Below are positions 9,566-20,158 of a stretch of 64,000 bases of DNA, in pieces; positions within the stretch are counted from its first letter, which is position 1, and each line of letters opens with the position of its first letter. A program made the translations under genes and the position numbers. The stretch lies in the NCBI GenBank assembly GCA_043798915.1, contig JAZDOG010000002.1:712-64711 (forward strand), given 5' to 3'. The DNA is from Pseudomonadota bacterium. Lineage in GTDB: Bacteria > UBA10199 > 2-02-FULL-44-16 > JAAZCA01. The notes under the pieces are model-generated. The model made no database searches. It was not told where the DNA came from and worked only from the letters and a program-made list of their open reading frames with translations.

Positions 9566-10683
9566 TGTTTCCCCGCTGCCCGCAGCGCAAGCTCATGCCC
9601 GTCTACCATGCTCTCAAGGCTAAACAATTTATCAACGCGCAGCCTGGCACTAAATGAAAAATTTTGGTACCGGGATCTATCCTTCAAGAGAGCGACAGTC
9701 ATATTCGCAATAGACGCAGTGTCGCCATAGGGGGCCAAGATGCCCGTTTTATTTTGAACCACGGCATCACGAGTCCCACGGGCGTCAAATCCAATCACTG
9801 GCAATCCGGCGGCCATCGCTTCGAGCACTACTATCGGCATCGCCTCAATTTCGCTCAACTGCCACAGAAGATGTGAAGCAGTGAGTATTTCCGACACATC
9901 GTGCCGCTGCCCAAGGAGCTCCACCTGGTGTTCCAGTCCATGGACCTTCACAAGTTCTTCGAGTGCCGCACTATCAACCCCATCACCAATAATTAGCAAT
10001 CTGACATTAGGGAGTTTATCCAAAACAGCCTTGAATGCACGTATGCCGTGTGCCTGCCCTTTGTTGGGACTCAATGTTCCAATCATCACGATCACAGGGG
10101 AGTTGTCAGGCAGCTTTGGCACAAAACAGAACTTTTCAAGGTCAATACCGTTGGAGACACAGCGAAACCTCTCTTCATCAGCCTTAAAGTAACGCGCAGC
10201 AAACGGGATCATCGAATCGGACACCGTTATAAATGACGACTTCAGCCTCCACGCAACGAAACGAGACAAATAGCGGATAAACTCATTCTTGAGTGTACCG
10301 TAACGGGTCATATCGCTATAACTATGTAGTGTATGCGCACATGGCACGACCAAACCAGCCCCCGCCGCCAGCCAAGCGACGTTTGGCGTATGAATCTCAA
10401 TCACATCGGGATTAAATTGCTCGACCACTTTGCGTAGTGAAGCCGCTGAACGTGGAATTGACCTCACCCAACGATACTTATCCTCAGGCAGCAGATAATG
10501 GCGAAGGACTGCCTTATAACGATCCTCCTGATACTCATCCACATCCAGCCAAGACACCACTTCAACTTCATGGCCACGCCTTTGAAGACCCAAGGCAATC
10601 TCTAAAAGGACACGCTCAGCGCCGCCGCGGCGCAGGCTATGGACAAGCATTAAAATACGCATTGGTAAACTCTCGTCATTCAA
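9562..10683 (-). CDS. GT4 glycosyltransferase
   Basis: GGAERV, NGIDL, EAMPIVVLEAMAAGLPVI. Confidence 0.9.
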   Translation of the reverse strand: MNDESLPMRILMLVHSLRRGGAERVLLEIALGLQRRGHEVEVVSWLDVDEYQEDRYKAVLRHYLLPEDKYRWVRSIPRSAASLRKVVEQFNPDVIEIHTPNVAWLAAGAGLVVPCAHTLHSYSDMTRYGTLKNEFIRYLSRFVAWRLKSSFITVSDSMIPFAARYFKADEERFRCVSNGIDLEKFCFVPKLPDNSPVIVMIGTLSPNKGQAHGIRAFKAVLDKLPNVRLLIIGDGVDSAALEELVKVHGLEHQVELLGQRHDVSEILTASHLLWQLSEIEAMPIVVLEAMAAGLPVIGFDARGTRDAVVQNKTGILAPYGDTASIANMTVALLKDRSRYQNFSFSARLRVDKLFSLESMVDGHELALRAAGKH

Positions 10684-11498
10684 CGAAACACAAAATTATA
10701 AGTCTCCATTTGGCTCTTTCCTGCTACAACTTCAGCCACGGTTCCACGAGTCACTTCCCGCAACATCCCATCCACCGTAAACGCACGATAACCCCGGCTA
10801 AAAAACATCTCGAAGGTCTGTACAAAGTTCGGGTTCATGGATGTCCCGGCGGGCTGGTGCTCGGTGGTGGTGATCTCCACCATCCAGATTGGACGGGGTT
10901 TATTGGCAAAGGTCCGCGTAGCGCCTTGCAGCACCATCAGCTCCGTGCCTTCAATGTCAACCAAAATCAAGGCTCGCTTCCCCTGCAGCACGCCGCCCAG
11001 CATTCGATCCAGACTCAACACCGGCACATGGGTGACATAGCTTTCTGGGCTAGAGGCCCAGCCTTTGACAAGCGAGGCGCCAGACCCACCTCCCCACATT
11101 TGCAGAATATCCGTATCAGCCCCCAACGCCAAGGGGAACACCTCTGCCTGAGTTGCCCAGCCATTGTTGCGAATGTTCTTCAGCAGATAGTGCAAATTGC
11201 GCGCGATGGGCTCAACAGCAACGACTGGTTTGCCCAAGCTTAGCGCATGGCAGCAGTAATAACCCACATTGGCACCGATGTTGACCAACACATCCACTTC
11301 CTGCAACAGGCTGCGCACCAATTTTGTTTCCTCCGGCTCAAATGTTCCGGCCGCCATGGCTTCATTCCCCGCAAGAGTGAAACTCCAAGGGGTCATCCTG
11401 GCAGGGTCGCGCTGGTCAAGCAAATCGCGCAAGTTGCGCAGAAATTGAGCAACAGCGGGGAATCGCTCAATCGTTGAGCGAATAAGCGTTCTGTTCAT
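10680..11498 (-). CDS. FkbM family methyltransferase
   Basis: NIGANVGYY, VAVEP, LVDIEGTELMVLQGA; RBS GGAG before ATG 11498. Confidence 0.85.
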   Translation of the reverse strand: MNRTLIRSTIERFPAVAQFLRNLRDLLDQRDPARMTPWSFTLAGNEAMAAGTFEPEETKLVRSLLQEVDVLVNIGANVGYYCCHALSLGKPVVAVEPIARNLHYLLKNIRNNGWATQAEVFPLALGADTDILQMWGGGSGASLVKGWASSPESYVTHVPVLSLDRMLGGVLQGKRALILVDIEGTELMVLQGATRTFANKPRPIWMVEITTTEHQPAGTSMNPNFVQTFEMFFSRGYRAFTVDGMLREVTRGTVAEVVAGKSQMETYNFVFR

Positions 11499-11526
11499 AT
11501 ATATTCTCCAGTCAGTGTTTTTGCTA

Positions 11527-12345
11527 TCACCTGGTTTGAGCAGGCGAGTAACCTCTTTTGATGAAGACGAAAACACCGAGGTTATAACGACTTTGCGCCA
11601 GTTCCAACAGCGTATCTGGGTTTGGCTGCACCTGTCGAACCACACCACCAGCACCGATCACGATCAATTCCCGCAACCGCAACCCACTGGATTCAGCGCA
11701 GCGAATGATCGTGCGCGGATCAAATACGCGGTGGGCATTGAATTCCACCCGCTCCCAACCGATGGGTGTTGAAAGATAGAATCTGCCATCAGGCTTGAGC
11801 AGTTGCGCCATGTTGGCAATACCGCGCTCATGACCTCTAGGATCAATGGGGTCACCGTAGCGACCCAGCCCAAAATGCTCGATGGCGTGCAGACAGGAAA
11901 GCGAGTCACAGTAGCCCCCCCCGTCGGCAGAGGGCAATGCAACCGGCTGCATCAAATCCGCCTGCTTGAACACAACCCCTGGAATCTGGGCTGTAATAGG
12001 ACGCACATCGAACACTTCGATCTCTCGAAAACTCGCCACATGGGCGACAAACACGTTCACAAGAGAGCCGACATCCACATGATGTTGTGGCCTTGCATCA
12101 TGAATCCATCGAGCAACAAGCAGATCCTGCCAGAAATACTCACCTTTGGTTGTACCGCCTTCCTCGTAGCGATCGTGAAAACAAGGCATCAACATCAGCT
12201 TGTCGGAACAGCCCCTGCGAAACCTCCGCCAGTCACGCAGAAAAAGCGGAATACCCCATACCGAACGTATGAAGCGGCGCGGGTCGAAACCGAATTCGCT
12301 TGATAGTAGCCAGTGAAGTTTGATTAGAAAATTTTTTAGGGACAT
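11527..12345 (-). CDS. DUF268-like methyltransferase-fold protein
   Basis: YFWQDLLVAR, HVDVGS, SLSCLHAIEHFGLGRYGDPID, FNAHRVF. Confidence 0.75.
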   Translation of the reverse strand: MSLKNFLIKLHWLLSSEFGFDPRRFIRSVWGIPLFLRDWRRFRRGCSDKLMLMPCFHDRYEEGGTTKGEYFWQDLLVARWIHDARPQHHVDVGSLVNVFVAHVASFREIEVFDVRPITAQIPGVVFKQADLMQPVALPSADGGGYCDSLSCLHAIEHFGLGRYGDPIDPRGHERGIANMAQLLKPDGRFYLSTPIGWERVEFNAHRVFDPRTIIRCAESSGLRLRELIVIGAGGVVRQVQPNPDTLLELAQSRYNLGVFVFIKRGYSPAQTR

Positions 12346-12352
12346 TTCGGGC

Positions 12353-13792
12353 CTACAATTTTCGATAAACCAAGATATAAAGGAAATGGGCAATGCACAC
12401 AATTGATATATACGTTACGAAACTTCGTTTGACAAACTGTGTATCCAAACCGTTTCGCAAGAGCCACAAAACCAGAATGGATAATGATGGAATAAGATAA
12501 TAAGCTCCCGTCCTCATGCCCGACAAAGCAGGTAAAATAAACATCAATGAAATGAGAAACAATACAGGACAGCAAGTAGCCCCGCTTAGAATTTTTTTTA
12601 CTATTGACACAACTACAAATAGTTTGCCGATCATAAAAACCGGGAACACATTAAGACTGATAAGTACTGCAGGCACAATCAAGGCGAATTCATCACCATC
12701 CTTAAACATCTGATAAAATGGAAATGGCGACAAAACCAGGAAAAACAATTTAACCAAATCGTCAAAGACGGGAATTCCCACACGAAATTGCTGCCAAAGG
12801 TCCTGCTCACTCGCTGCGAGTTGAAATACCTCTATATTATTTGCGGCTATTGTTGAAAAAGAACTGAAAAAAGCACTTATATGAACTAAAAAAGCGGATA
12901 CAAATAACATACCAAGAAACCAGAGCAATGCTCCGCGCTTTGACATCGATTGAAATCTTTTCAGCAGAAAACCTATTCTGAGTTTGCAGGAGATAAAGAT
13001 AACAGCCAAAGCGAACACAAGGGGTATATACACAGGTCTATGAATCGCAATAAGCCACATAGACATTGCTATACTTAGCCAATCCAGCAAGGATAACCGA
13101 TACGGACTGACAATTCCAAGTGCCACGAGGCACATTGCAACCACGGCTATAGCTTCTCGATCGTATGGCAAAGCAAAAGGTAAAATAAACCAAGCAATCA
13201 TGCCCGCCAAAAAGAAGTTTTTCCTTTGTCCATCCCCGGACAAGTTATATATGTGCAAGGCTACTGCATAAAAAGTCACCCCAAACCACCATGCCAGAAT
13301 GGCAAAGGAATAGTAACCAATGCCAGGCATAGACACTAAAGCAAAACCAAATTTATAAGGAGAGAGTAAATTATTATAATGGGCGCTTACCACCCAAGGA
13401 TATTGCAAGGCTTCTATCAACCCGCTGTCCTCATACATGGCCTGAAATCTTGCAGCAGCATCACCCATAGAAATTAAATCGCTCTTGTGATACGCGGTTG
13501 TTTCGAAGGCCTGAATGGCTTTGAATGAATCCAAACCTTCCAACATAAGCGCGAAGTAACTACCCAACAGGGAAAGAATCAGGCTGAACACTAGAAAGAA
13601 TAAGAAGGTTCTTTGCGCTTGCCGATGGAAAGCGAGTCCCCGATACAAGAAAACAGTACCCACTGCCAAAAAGACAAGCACCGCAATCCAAGTGACACCT
13701 GCACTGCCGCTGAAGTCGTGAATAAAAGCCCCGGCAACAAACGGGGCAAATGCGCAAATAAAAATCTGGAATGGTGAGATAAATTTCTTCAT
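12353..13792 (-). CDS. Multi-pass membrane protein, putative Wzy polymerase or O-glycan ligase
   Basis: Ten or more hydrophobic segments, AT-rich, located in a glycan locus; function inferred from context. Confidence 0.5.
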   Translation of the reverse strand: MKKFISPFQIFICAFAPFVAGAFIHDFSGSAGVTWIAVLVFLAVGTVFLYRGLAFHRQAQRTFLFFLVFSLILSLLGSYFALMLEGLDSFKAIQAFETTAYHKSDLISMGDAAARFQAMYEDSGLIEALQYPWVVSAHYNNLLSPYKFGFALVSMPGIGYYSFAILAWWFGVTFYAVALHIYNLSGDGQRKNFFLAGMIAWFILPFALPYDREAIAVVAMCLVALGIVSPYRLSLLDWLSIAMSMWLIAIHRPVYIPLVFALAVIFISCKLRIGFLLKRFQSMSKRGALLWFLGMLFVSAFLVHISAFFSSFSTIAANNIEVFQLAASEQDLWQQFRVGIPVFDDLVKLFFLVLSPFPFYQMFKDGDEFALIVPAVLISLNVFPVFMIGKLFVVVSIVKKILSGATCCPVLFLISLMFILPALSGMRTGAYYLIPSLSILVLWLLRNGLDTQFVKRSFVTYISIVCIAHFLYILVYRKL

Positions 13793-13798
13793 TAGATT

Positions 13799-15694
13799 TT
13801 ATATTGTTCGAGCAGACCAAAACATATGCCATCTGTTGATGAGTAATTTGATTTTTGCTCTGCACAGCATCTTGATATATTTTACCGAGCTCACATCGAA
13901 TGCAGTTGCTCCCTGATTGAGTGCATAACAATTATCTTCCGTCGTATCGTGTATTTCCGCAGGCTTTCCAAGGACGGCATCCATCCAAGTGTTTAATTCA
14001 GTCAATACGTCGTTCACATACGCGGTGTCTGACTTCATTTGTGAAATAATATCGATCAACTCTGGCGGTTGAGAGACTATCATTGGGTAACCATAAGCAT
14101 ACGGCTTATAATCAAATACGTTCATCGACCCTTCTGGCGCCACTACAATCGTGGGCACCCCCGCCATGATTGCATCACAACTTACCGTCGAAAAATTCTC
14201 AATCGGACATACTAAAACGCAGGCATTTTTTAATGAAGACGTGATGTCCTTATACCTTGCATTTTCTCTTGTTACGCGGGGGCTGGAGAGCCCAGGAAGC
14301 AAATTGCCGGGGTTCCTGGGATGTGCACGCATAACAATCGACCATTCGGACGGCATAGTATTGATAAATTCAGTAAAGAATTTAATTTGCAGTATCTTGT
14401 TTGCTGGGTTGATGAACTGGTCGTCTGTCACAAGGATATATTTGCTGCCACCAGCATCTTCAATTTTACTGGATGGTGCAGAACATTTTCTATCGCGCGG
14501 CACAACATCACATCCGATCACGTCTATTGATAAATTATTTTTATAGAACTCAGAGTTCGCCGAAAAATAGCAGCCTTCCAATGCACATTTATCGGGCCAA
14601 TGTGGTTCACCCAAGCCGCCATGTTGGCGAATGGTCACCTCTACACCTTGTGCTGCTAAATATGACGCAATAACGGCGCCGGTCGGTCCAGAGTACCCCG
14701 TTATCACGGCGAACTTGACGTCGTGTTTTGAAATAACATCCTTCATGGATTCAATAATTGAACAGCAACTCCGAAAGTTTCTCCGTAATTGTTTGGTTTG
14801 ATAATTAATGAGTTCCTTAATCGAAGGAAACTCGCCAAGGATTCCTCCAAAAAACTCGCTCAATACCATATCAACCGATTTTCTAAAATTGTGATATGAT
14901 TTACCGTATGTCTCGTCATTTACTGCAACGGTATTTGAAAAATCGAAATCATAAGAGATCGATTCTGGAGCATACTTGGACAGTTTGCCTGTTAAAATGC
15001 CACAGTTCTCTGGCCATCTTTCGGGGCTCGCCAGCGCCTCCAAGTCATCTTTACACATCTCATACATATATAGAAACAAGGCATTTTCCTGCTTTTTATG
15101 GGTTATCGCCCGCAGCTTATTGTGTGCAGCCTTGACATCGCAACAATCAGTGCATTCCGACAAATACCGATCGTAGCGTGTGGACTCAGTCACCTCTCTT
15201 TTGCTCATTAATTCATGAGTTGTTTTCTTCATGCGTATGCCGCGAGTCCGGCATTCTCTGGATAGAAATAAATATTCCAATACCCCCCCGCGAGGAGTTT
15301 CAACTACGGATGCACGGTATCTATCACCATAAACGAATGTCACATCTGAAGGGATGCAACTATCCAGCAATCCCCTCATTGCGTAAATGTGGCGATCACA
15401 CGCGTAAATTAGATAACTTATCCCGTGTATCATCTCAGAAAGGTGCCCTTCGGGATGGAGTAAGACAGCAAGATTTTTCCTCAAGCTGCTTTCCTGCACA
15501 ATGCTTCTGTGATATGATTCACATGCTTTTTCAGACGGGAAATATTTACCCATCGCCAGCACTTCTATCCCCTTCACCACCGCTTGATTAACAACGCTGT
15601 CGGAATCTGTAACCACTGTGTGCAAATCCGGCCGCACCCAGCCTGGGATAGCGTTTTCAAACCAGGCAGGTTCCGTAATATAGACTAGATGCAT
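13799..15694 (-). CDS. Hypothetical 631-aa protein, possible nonulosonate transferase
   Basis: C-terminal half has QHGG, RAHPR and STV...AIMAGVPTI motifs typical of GT-B capsule/sialyltransferase-like proteins. Confidence 0.45.
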   Translation of the reverse strand: MHLVYITEPAWFENAIPGWVRPDLHTVVTDSDSVVNQAVVKGIEVLAMGKYFPSEKACESYHRSIVQESSLRKNLAVLLHPEGHLSEMIHGISYLIYACDRHIYAMRGLLDSCIPSDVTFVYGDRYRASVVETPRGGVLEYLFLSRECRTRGIRMKKTTHELMSKREVTESTRYDRYLSECTDCCDVKAAHNKLRAITHKKQENALFLYMYEMCKDDLEALASPERWPENCGILTGKLSKYAPESISYDFDFSNTVAVNDETYGKSYHNFRKSVDMVLSEFFGGILGEFPSIKELINYQTKQLRRNFRSCCSIIESMKDVISKHDVKFAVITGYSGPTGAVIASYLAAQGVEVTIRQHGGLGEPHWPDKCALEGCYFSANSEFYKNNLSIDVIGCDVVPRDRKCSAPSSKIEDAGGSKYILVTDDQFINPANKILQIKFFTEFINTMPSEWSIVMRAHPRNPGNLLPGLSSPRVTRENARYKDITSSLKNACVLVCPIENFSTVSCDAIMAGVPTIVVAPEGSMNVFDYKPYAYGYPMIVSQPPELIDIISQMKSDTAYVNDVLTELNTWMDAVLGKPAEIHDTTEDNCYALNQGATAFDVSSVKYIKMLCRAKIKLLINRWHMFWSARTI

Positions 15695-17532
15695 GTTTGT
15701 CTCGGCTGCCTAATCGTCAAGTGATCGCTCGGCTGCTGTTTCATAATATCTTCATAAGAATACTGCGCCATCATCTTCCCGTGTTCCAATTGCACAATCG
15801 TATCGCAATTTTGAAGGGTGGTAATTCTATGTGCAATAATGAACATGGTTAGGTCGCGGTTAAGATCTTCGATGGCGCTCATCACCGCCATCTCTGTCGC
15901 GCTGTCGAGCGCACTGGTTGCCTCGTCGAAAACCAGCACCGTTGCCTGCTTATAAAGCGCCCTGGCAATGCCAATGCGCTGTCGTTGGCCACCACTCAGG
16001 CGGATGCCGCGTTCGCCCACGAAGGTGCTATAACCCTCGGGGCGATTCTCGATGAATTCGGAAATCTGAGCCCGACTAGCGGCTTCACGAACACGATCCA
16101 GATCGATCTGCTTTGGCGGAACACCAAAGGCAATATTCTCGGCAATTGTTGTGTCAGCCAGATATATGCTTTGTGGTACGTGGGCAATGGTGCGCTGCCA
16201 AGCTCGTCGATTTCCGCTGCTGATCGGCCTGCCATCTACCAAAATCCTTCCCTGTGCAGGTTCCAGCAGGGCCATCAGCAAATCCAGCGCCGTGCTTTTG
16301 CCGCTGCCAGTGCTGCCCACAAAACCAATTCGCGCCCCTTTGGGTATCACCAAATTCACTCCGTCTAATATCCATGGGCCATCTTTTCCATAACGGAAAC
16401 GCACATTGTCAAAACTGACTGTATCCTGAATCGCGAGCGGCACAGGCGCCGATTGGTGGGCATCTTCCGGCAGGGGTTGATCGAGCAGATCAAGCACGTC
16501 AATCAACGATGCCTGGCTTCCAACCACATTTCCCCAATTAGCATATAGTTGCTGCAACAAAGGGAGCAGGCGTTGAGCACCCAATGCAAGCGCACCCAAC
16601 ACAGGCAGCGCCGCACCTACGCCACCCGGCCGTTTACTCAACGCAAAGGCAAAGGCAGAGATAAGCACCATACCAAGAACCTCCATGGCATAACGCGGAG
16701 CCTGACTTATGAATGTATTTTCGCCAACCGCCCGTTGCAAGTTGTGTATGGCCTTGCTGTAAACATCACAGTATACTGCCTGGGTGCCGTCCAGCAGCAC
16801 ATCGCGAATAGCGCCGAGGCCTTCCTGCAGCGCCTTGACCCACTGCGTCTGTTCATACGCCATACACTGGCCGTTGCGCATCAGTCTGTGGCGCGTTTGC
16901 CATGCGATCATTATATAGCCAGACCCAAAACTGATCAGCGCCACAATTGCCACCGTTGGATCAATTGCTAGCAAGGTCAACAGAATGCCGAAAAACAACA
17001 TCGTTGCCGTGGTTGCGACCACTAGAGACACCAGCACACCTGTAGCCGTCACCACCTTTTGAGTAATGCCGCTGATAATTTCGTTGCTGCTGCGAGCCAC
17101 ATGCACAGGATAGGGCTGATAGAGGGTGCGGCGATAAACCTCAATACTGAGATCAGCACCGGTGGCATTTGCGAGACGAGTGCTGACCCATAACAACAGC
17201 AGGCGCAGCCCTCCAGCAACTAACCCGGTCACACCAAATGCTACGGTAAAAGGCAGTATCAATTGTTCCGGCACCGTGATGCCAAACAGCCGAACTACGC
17301 CCGCCATCGCGGGGTAGGCAAACACTTTTCCCGGCTGGGTGAGTATTCCGATGAATGGCACCACCGCGCCAAGGCTCACCACCTCCGCAAAGGAACCTAC
17401 CATCGTCAGACAAAGCAACAACACGAACTGGTATCGGCGTCGGCGACTGATGTGCCGAAACAGCCTGATCAGCAGGGTAAAGAGGCTGGCTATTGATGTT
17501 CGAGATTGCATCAGAGATTTATCGTTGCACAA
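15685..17532 (-). CDS. ABC transporter permease/ATPase fusion (PglK/MsbA-like flippase)
   Basis: N-terminal TM domain; GSTGSGKST, LSGGQRQR, FDEATSALD, IAHR. Confidence 0.9.
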   Translation of the reverse strand: MCNDKSLMQSRTSIASLFTLLIRLFRHISRRRRYQFVLLLCLTMVGSFAEVVSLGAVVPFIGILTQPGKVFAYPAMAGVVRLFGITVPEQLILPFTVAFGVTGLVAGGLRLLLLWVSTRLANATGADLSIEVYRRTLYQPYPVHVARSSNEIISGITQKVVTATGVLVSLVVATTATMLFFGILLTLLAIDPTVAIVALISFGSGYIMIAWQTRHRLMRNGQCMAYEQTQWVKALQEGLGAIRDVLLDGTQAVYCDVYSKAIHNLQRAVGENTFISQAPRYAMEVLGMVLISAFAFALSKRPGGVGAALPVLGALALGAQRLLPLLQQLYANWGNVVGSQASLIDVLDLLDQPLPEDAHQSAPVPLAIQDTVSFDNVRFRYGKDGPWILDGVNLVIPKGARIGFVGSTGSGKSTALDLLMALLEPAQGRILVDGRPISSGNRRAWQRTIAHVPQSIYLADTTIAENIAFGVPPKQIDLDRVREAASRAQISEFIENRPEGYSTFVGERGIRLSGGQRQRIGIARALYKQATVLVFDEATSALDSATEMAVMSAIEDLNRDLTMFIIAHRITTLQNCDTIVQLEHGKMMAQYSYEDIMKQQPSDHLTIRQPRQTCI

Positions 17533-17559
17533 AATTCTACTGTTTTGTGACTGAAATTC

Positions 17560-19101
17560 TTAATACTTATTGCTGAAAGAGACCTTGTCGCGCAGGTTCT
17601 TAAAATACGACAGATTGGCTAAGGGCGCAAGAATCCTATACTCCAGTTTCTTGTTCCTCGACGACAACCAATACGATACTCGACACAAAGACGTCACCAA
17701 CACATATTCAAAAAGATTAAAGTGACGCCTCGAAAAAACCTTGAATGCCGCCCACGAAAACCACTCGATGTCCGCCTGGCGCTCTTTTGAATAATTCCAA
17801 TAAAGATCTTTCACATACAAAGGGATGAACGACCCAGCAAAATAGACGAAAAATGGCCGTGTGCTGTGGGAAGGAGGATATGTCAGCGGATTATGTTTAG
17901 TCGAATCAAGCCACCAATCTGTGAAACCAAATTGCTTGTGATAATCGTCATAAAGCTTTGTTTCCGGATAAGGGATTGGATATACTACGATCATAAAGAA
18001 TCTTACATTGCCGGGAATTTTTTTTATTTCATTTAAAATATTCTGGTAATGCTTTCGATTCTCCCACGGAAACCCAACAAGAACATTAAAAGAAATATGA
18101 ATGGGCTGTGTTTGTGACAAATATCCAAATCGTTGATGAATCGTTTTAACATCATACCTCTTATTGATCTTCCTTAATGTCTCATCATCCCAGCTTTCAA
18201 TGCCGAAGCTTATCCGTGTAATTCCAGCCTGTTTAGCTCTCTGTAAACTCTCCAAGTCAATGCTATCGATGCGCGTCCTGATGGACATTTTCAGCTTCAA
18301 CCCGGATTCAGCAATCAAATCGCAGAAACGATAAAAACGATCTTTCTTACATAGAATCTCATCATCCTGAAAAGCCACGGACTGAATCTTATATTTCTCC
18401 ACCAAACTTTTAATCTCCCCAAAAACATTTTCCGCGCTTCTTACACGCATCGTCCGGCCAAAAGCGGTGTGGCTTGAGCAAAAAATACAATTAAAAGGAC
18501 ACCCACGGCTTGAAAAAACACTCCAAAAAATTGGATTCGACATTGGATCGCTGCTGCCCGAATAGTCCTCAATTCGAAAATCCTTAAAATCAGGAAATGG
18601 AAGCGTATCCAATTCTTTAATCAGCGATCTTGGCTCGGTGAATACAATCTTGCCACCTTCATCCTTAAAGCATATCCCCTTGACGGTCTTTAATTCCCGT
18701 TGACCCTGATAGTATTCAGCTAGCTCAAGAATCGTTCCTTCTCCCTCTCCAATGCAGACAATATCACCGCCGTTATCCAGAGACTCATGTGGACGGGAAT
18801 TAGGGTGAGGCCCCCCCAAGACGACCGGAATATTATGCTTTTTTAAATTCCGAATATACTCATAGGACGCTATCACATTAGTAATTGTCAGTGTAATACC
18901 AATAAAATCCGGACAATATTGAGAGATAATCTTTTCGATCTCTTCCGGCGACTTATAAGCGTGCGGCGCCGTTCCATCCACGATACGCACGTCATGGCCG
19001 CGGGCTCGAAGCACTGCGGCCAAATAACCGAGATTCAACAGCGGTTCTGGTGATGGAGGAGCCGTGGGCGGATTCAACAATACAACTCGTAAATTATTCA
19101 T
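17560..19101 (-). CDS. B12-binding radical SAM protein
   Basis: LLNPP...LGYLAAVL, LGGPHP, SRGCPFNCIFC, FGIES; RBS GGAGG before 19101. Confidence 0.9.
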   Translation of the reverse strand: MNNLRVVLLNPPTAPPSPEPLLNLGYLAAVLRARGHDVRIVDGTAPHAYKSPEEIEKIISQYCPDFIGITLTITNVIASYEYIRNLKKHNIPVVLGGPHPNSRPHESLDNGGDIVCIGEGEGTILELAEYYQGQRELKTVKGICFKDEGGKIVFTEPRSLIKELDTLPFPDFKDFRIEDYSGSSDPMSNPIFWSVFSSRGCPFNCIFCSSHTAFGRTMRVRSAENVFGEIKSLVEKYKIQSVAFQDDEILCKKDRFYRFCDLIAESGLKLKMSIRTRIDSIDLESLQRAKQAGITRISFGIESWDDETLRKINKRYDVKTIHQRFGYLSQTQPIHISFNVLVGFPWENRKHYQNILNEIKKIPGNVRFFMIVVYPIPYPETKLYDDYHKQFGFTDWWLDSTKHNPLTYPPSHSTRPFFVYFAGSFIPLYVKDLYWNYSKERQADIEWFSWAAFKVFSRRHFNLFEYVLVTSLCRVSYWLSSRNKKLEYRILAPLANLSYFKNLRDKVSFSNKY

Positions 19102-19162
19102 GTCTCCTCCATTAGTAATATTGACCACACCACGTTTGCAATTGCATGCGCCAGGATGCTAC

Positions 19163-20149
19163 CTAGAGTGTATATTCAGCAGCGTTATATTTATCGAGAT
19201 TGCCTCTCATCCATTCAATAGTGGCGCTCAATCCGTCTTCCAGAGATACGGCGGGAACCCAGCCCAGCATATTTCTCGCCTTCGTGCTGTCCGCAATTAA
19301 TCTCCCAACTTCACTTTTCTCCGGTCGCAATCTCCGGTCATCCTGCTTGATCTGAATCTTGCAATCCGTCATACGCGCAATTACCTTTACCAATTCACCA
19401 ATGCTGATCTCGCGCCCCGATCCAAGATTAAATGTCTGCCCAATGGCCTCAGGACACTCAGCTGCCCTGATGTATCCATCCACTGTATTTCTTACATAAT
19501 TCAGGTCGCGGGTTGGCGCAAGGCTGCCAAGACAGACCTCTTTGCCCGAAAGACATTGAGCGATGATGGTTGGAATGATTGCCCGTGCCGACTGGCGAGG
19601 CCCAAATGTGTTGAATGGACGAACCGTGACCACCGGCAGTTCATACGAGCGATGAAACGACTCCGCAACTTGATCCGCGCCAATTTTACTGGCCGAGTAG
19701 GGTGATTGGCCCTGCAGCGGATGCTTCTCATCTATCGGAGCATACAAGGCCGTACCATACACCTCGCTTGTGGACGTATGCACTACTCTGCTTACGCGAG
19801 CCTCCCTGGCCGCCTGCAGAATATTCAGCGTACCTTCGATGTTAGTGCGAATATAAGACAATGGGGCATGATACGAATAAGGAATGGCAATGAGCGCTGC
19901 AAGATGAAACACCGTATTCACATCACCCATGGCCTCCTTCACAATCATCGGATCACATATATCCCCAGCTATAACCTCGATATCATTCTTTTGCACGAAA
20001 GCACGGTCGAGGCTCCCCCATGAGCCCGAGGCATTATAGTGCACAAAGGCCCGAACACATGCGCCCAATTTAACCAGCTCATCTGTCAGATGACTTCCGA
20101 TAAATCCAGCAGCACCTGTGACGAGCACTTTCTTTTTACCCCAGTCCAT
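19163..20149 (-). CDS. legB: NAD-dependent 4,6-dehydratase, LegB-like
   Basis: GAAGFIGSHL, HLAALIAIPYSYHAP, HTSTSEVYGTA, QSPYSASK, RPFNTFGPRQSARA, RLRPEKSEV. Confidence 0.85.
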   Translation of the reverse strand: MDWGKKKVLVTGAAGFIGSHLTDELVKLGACVRAFVHYNASGSWGSLDRAFVQKNDIEVIAGDICDPMIVKEAMGDVNTVFHLAALIAIPYSYHAPLSYIRTNIEGTLNILQAAREARVSRVVHTSTSEVYGTALYAPIDEKHPLQGQSPYSASKIGADQVAESFHRSYELPVVTVRPFNTFGPRQSARAIIPTIIAQCLSGKEVCLGSLAPTRDLNYVRNTVDGYIRAAECPEAIGQTFNLGSGREISIGELVKVIARMTDCKIQIKQDDRRLRPEKSEVGRLIADSTKARNMLGWVPAVSLEDGLSATIEWMRGNLDKYNAAEYTL

Positions 20150-20158
20150 GACTGCCCC

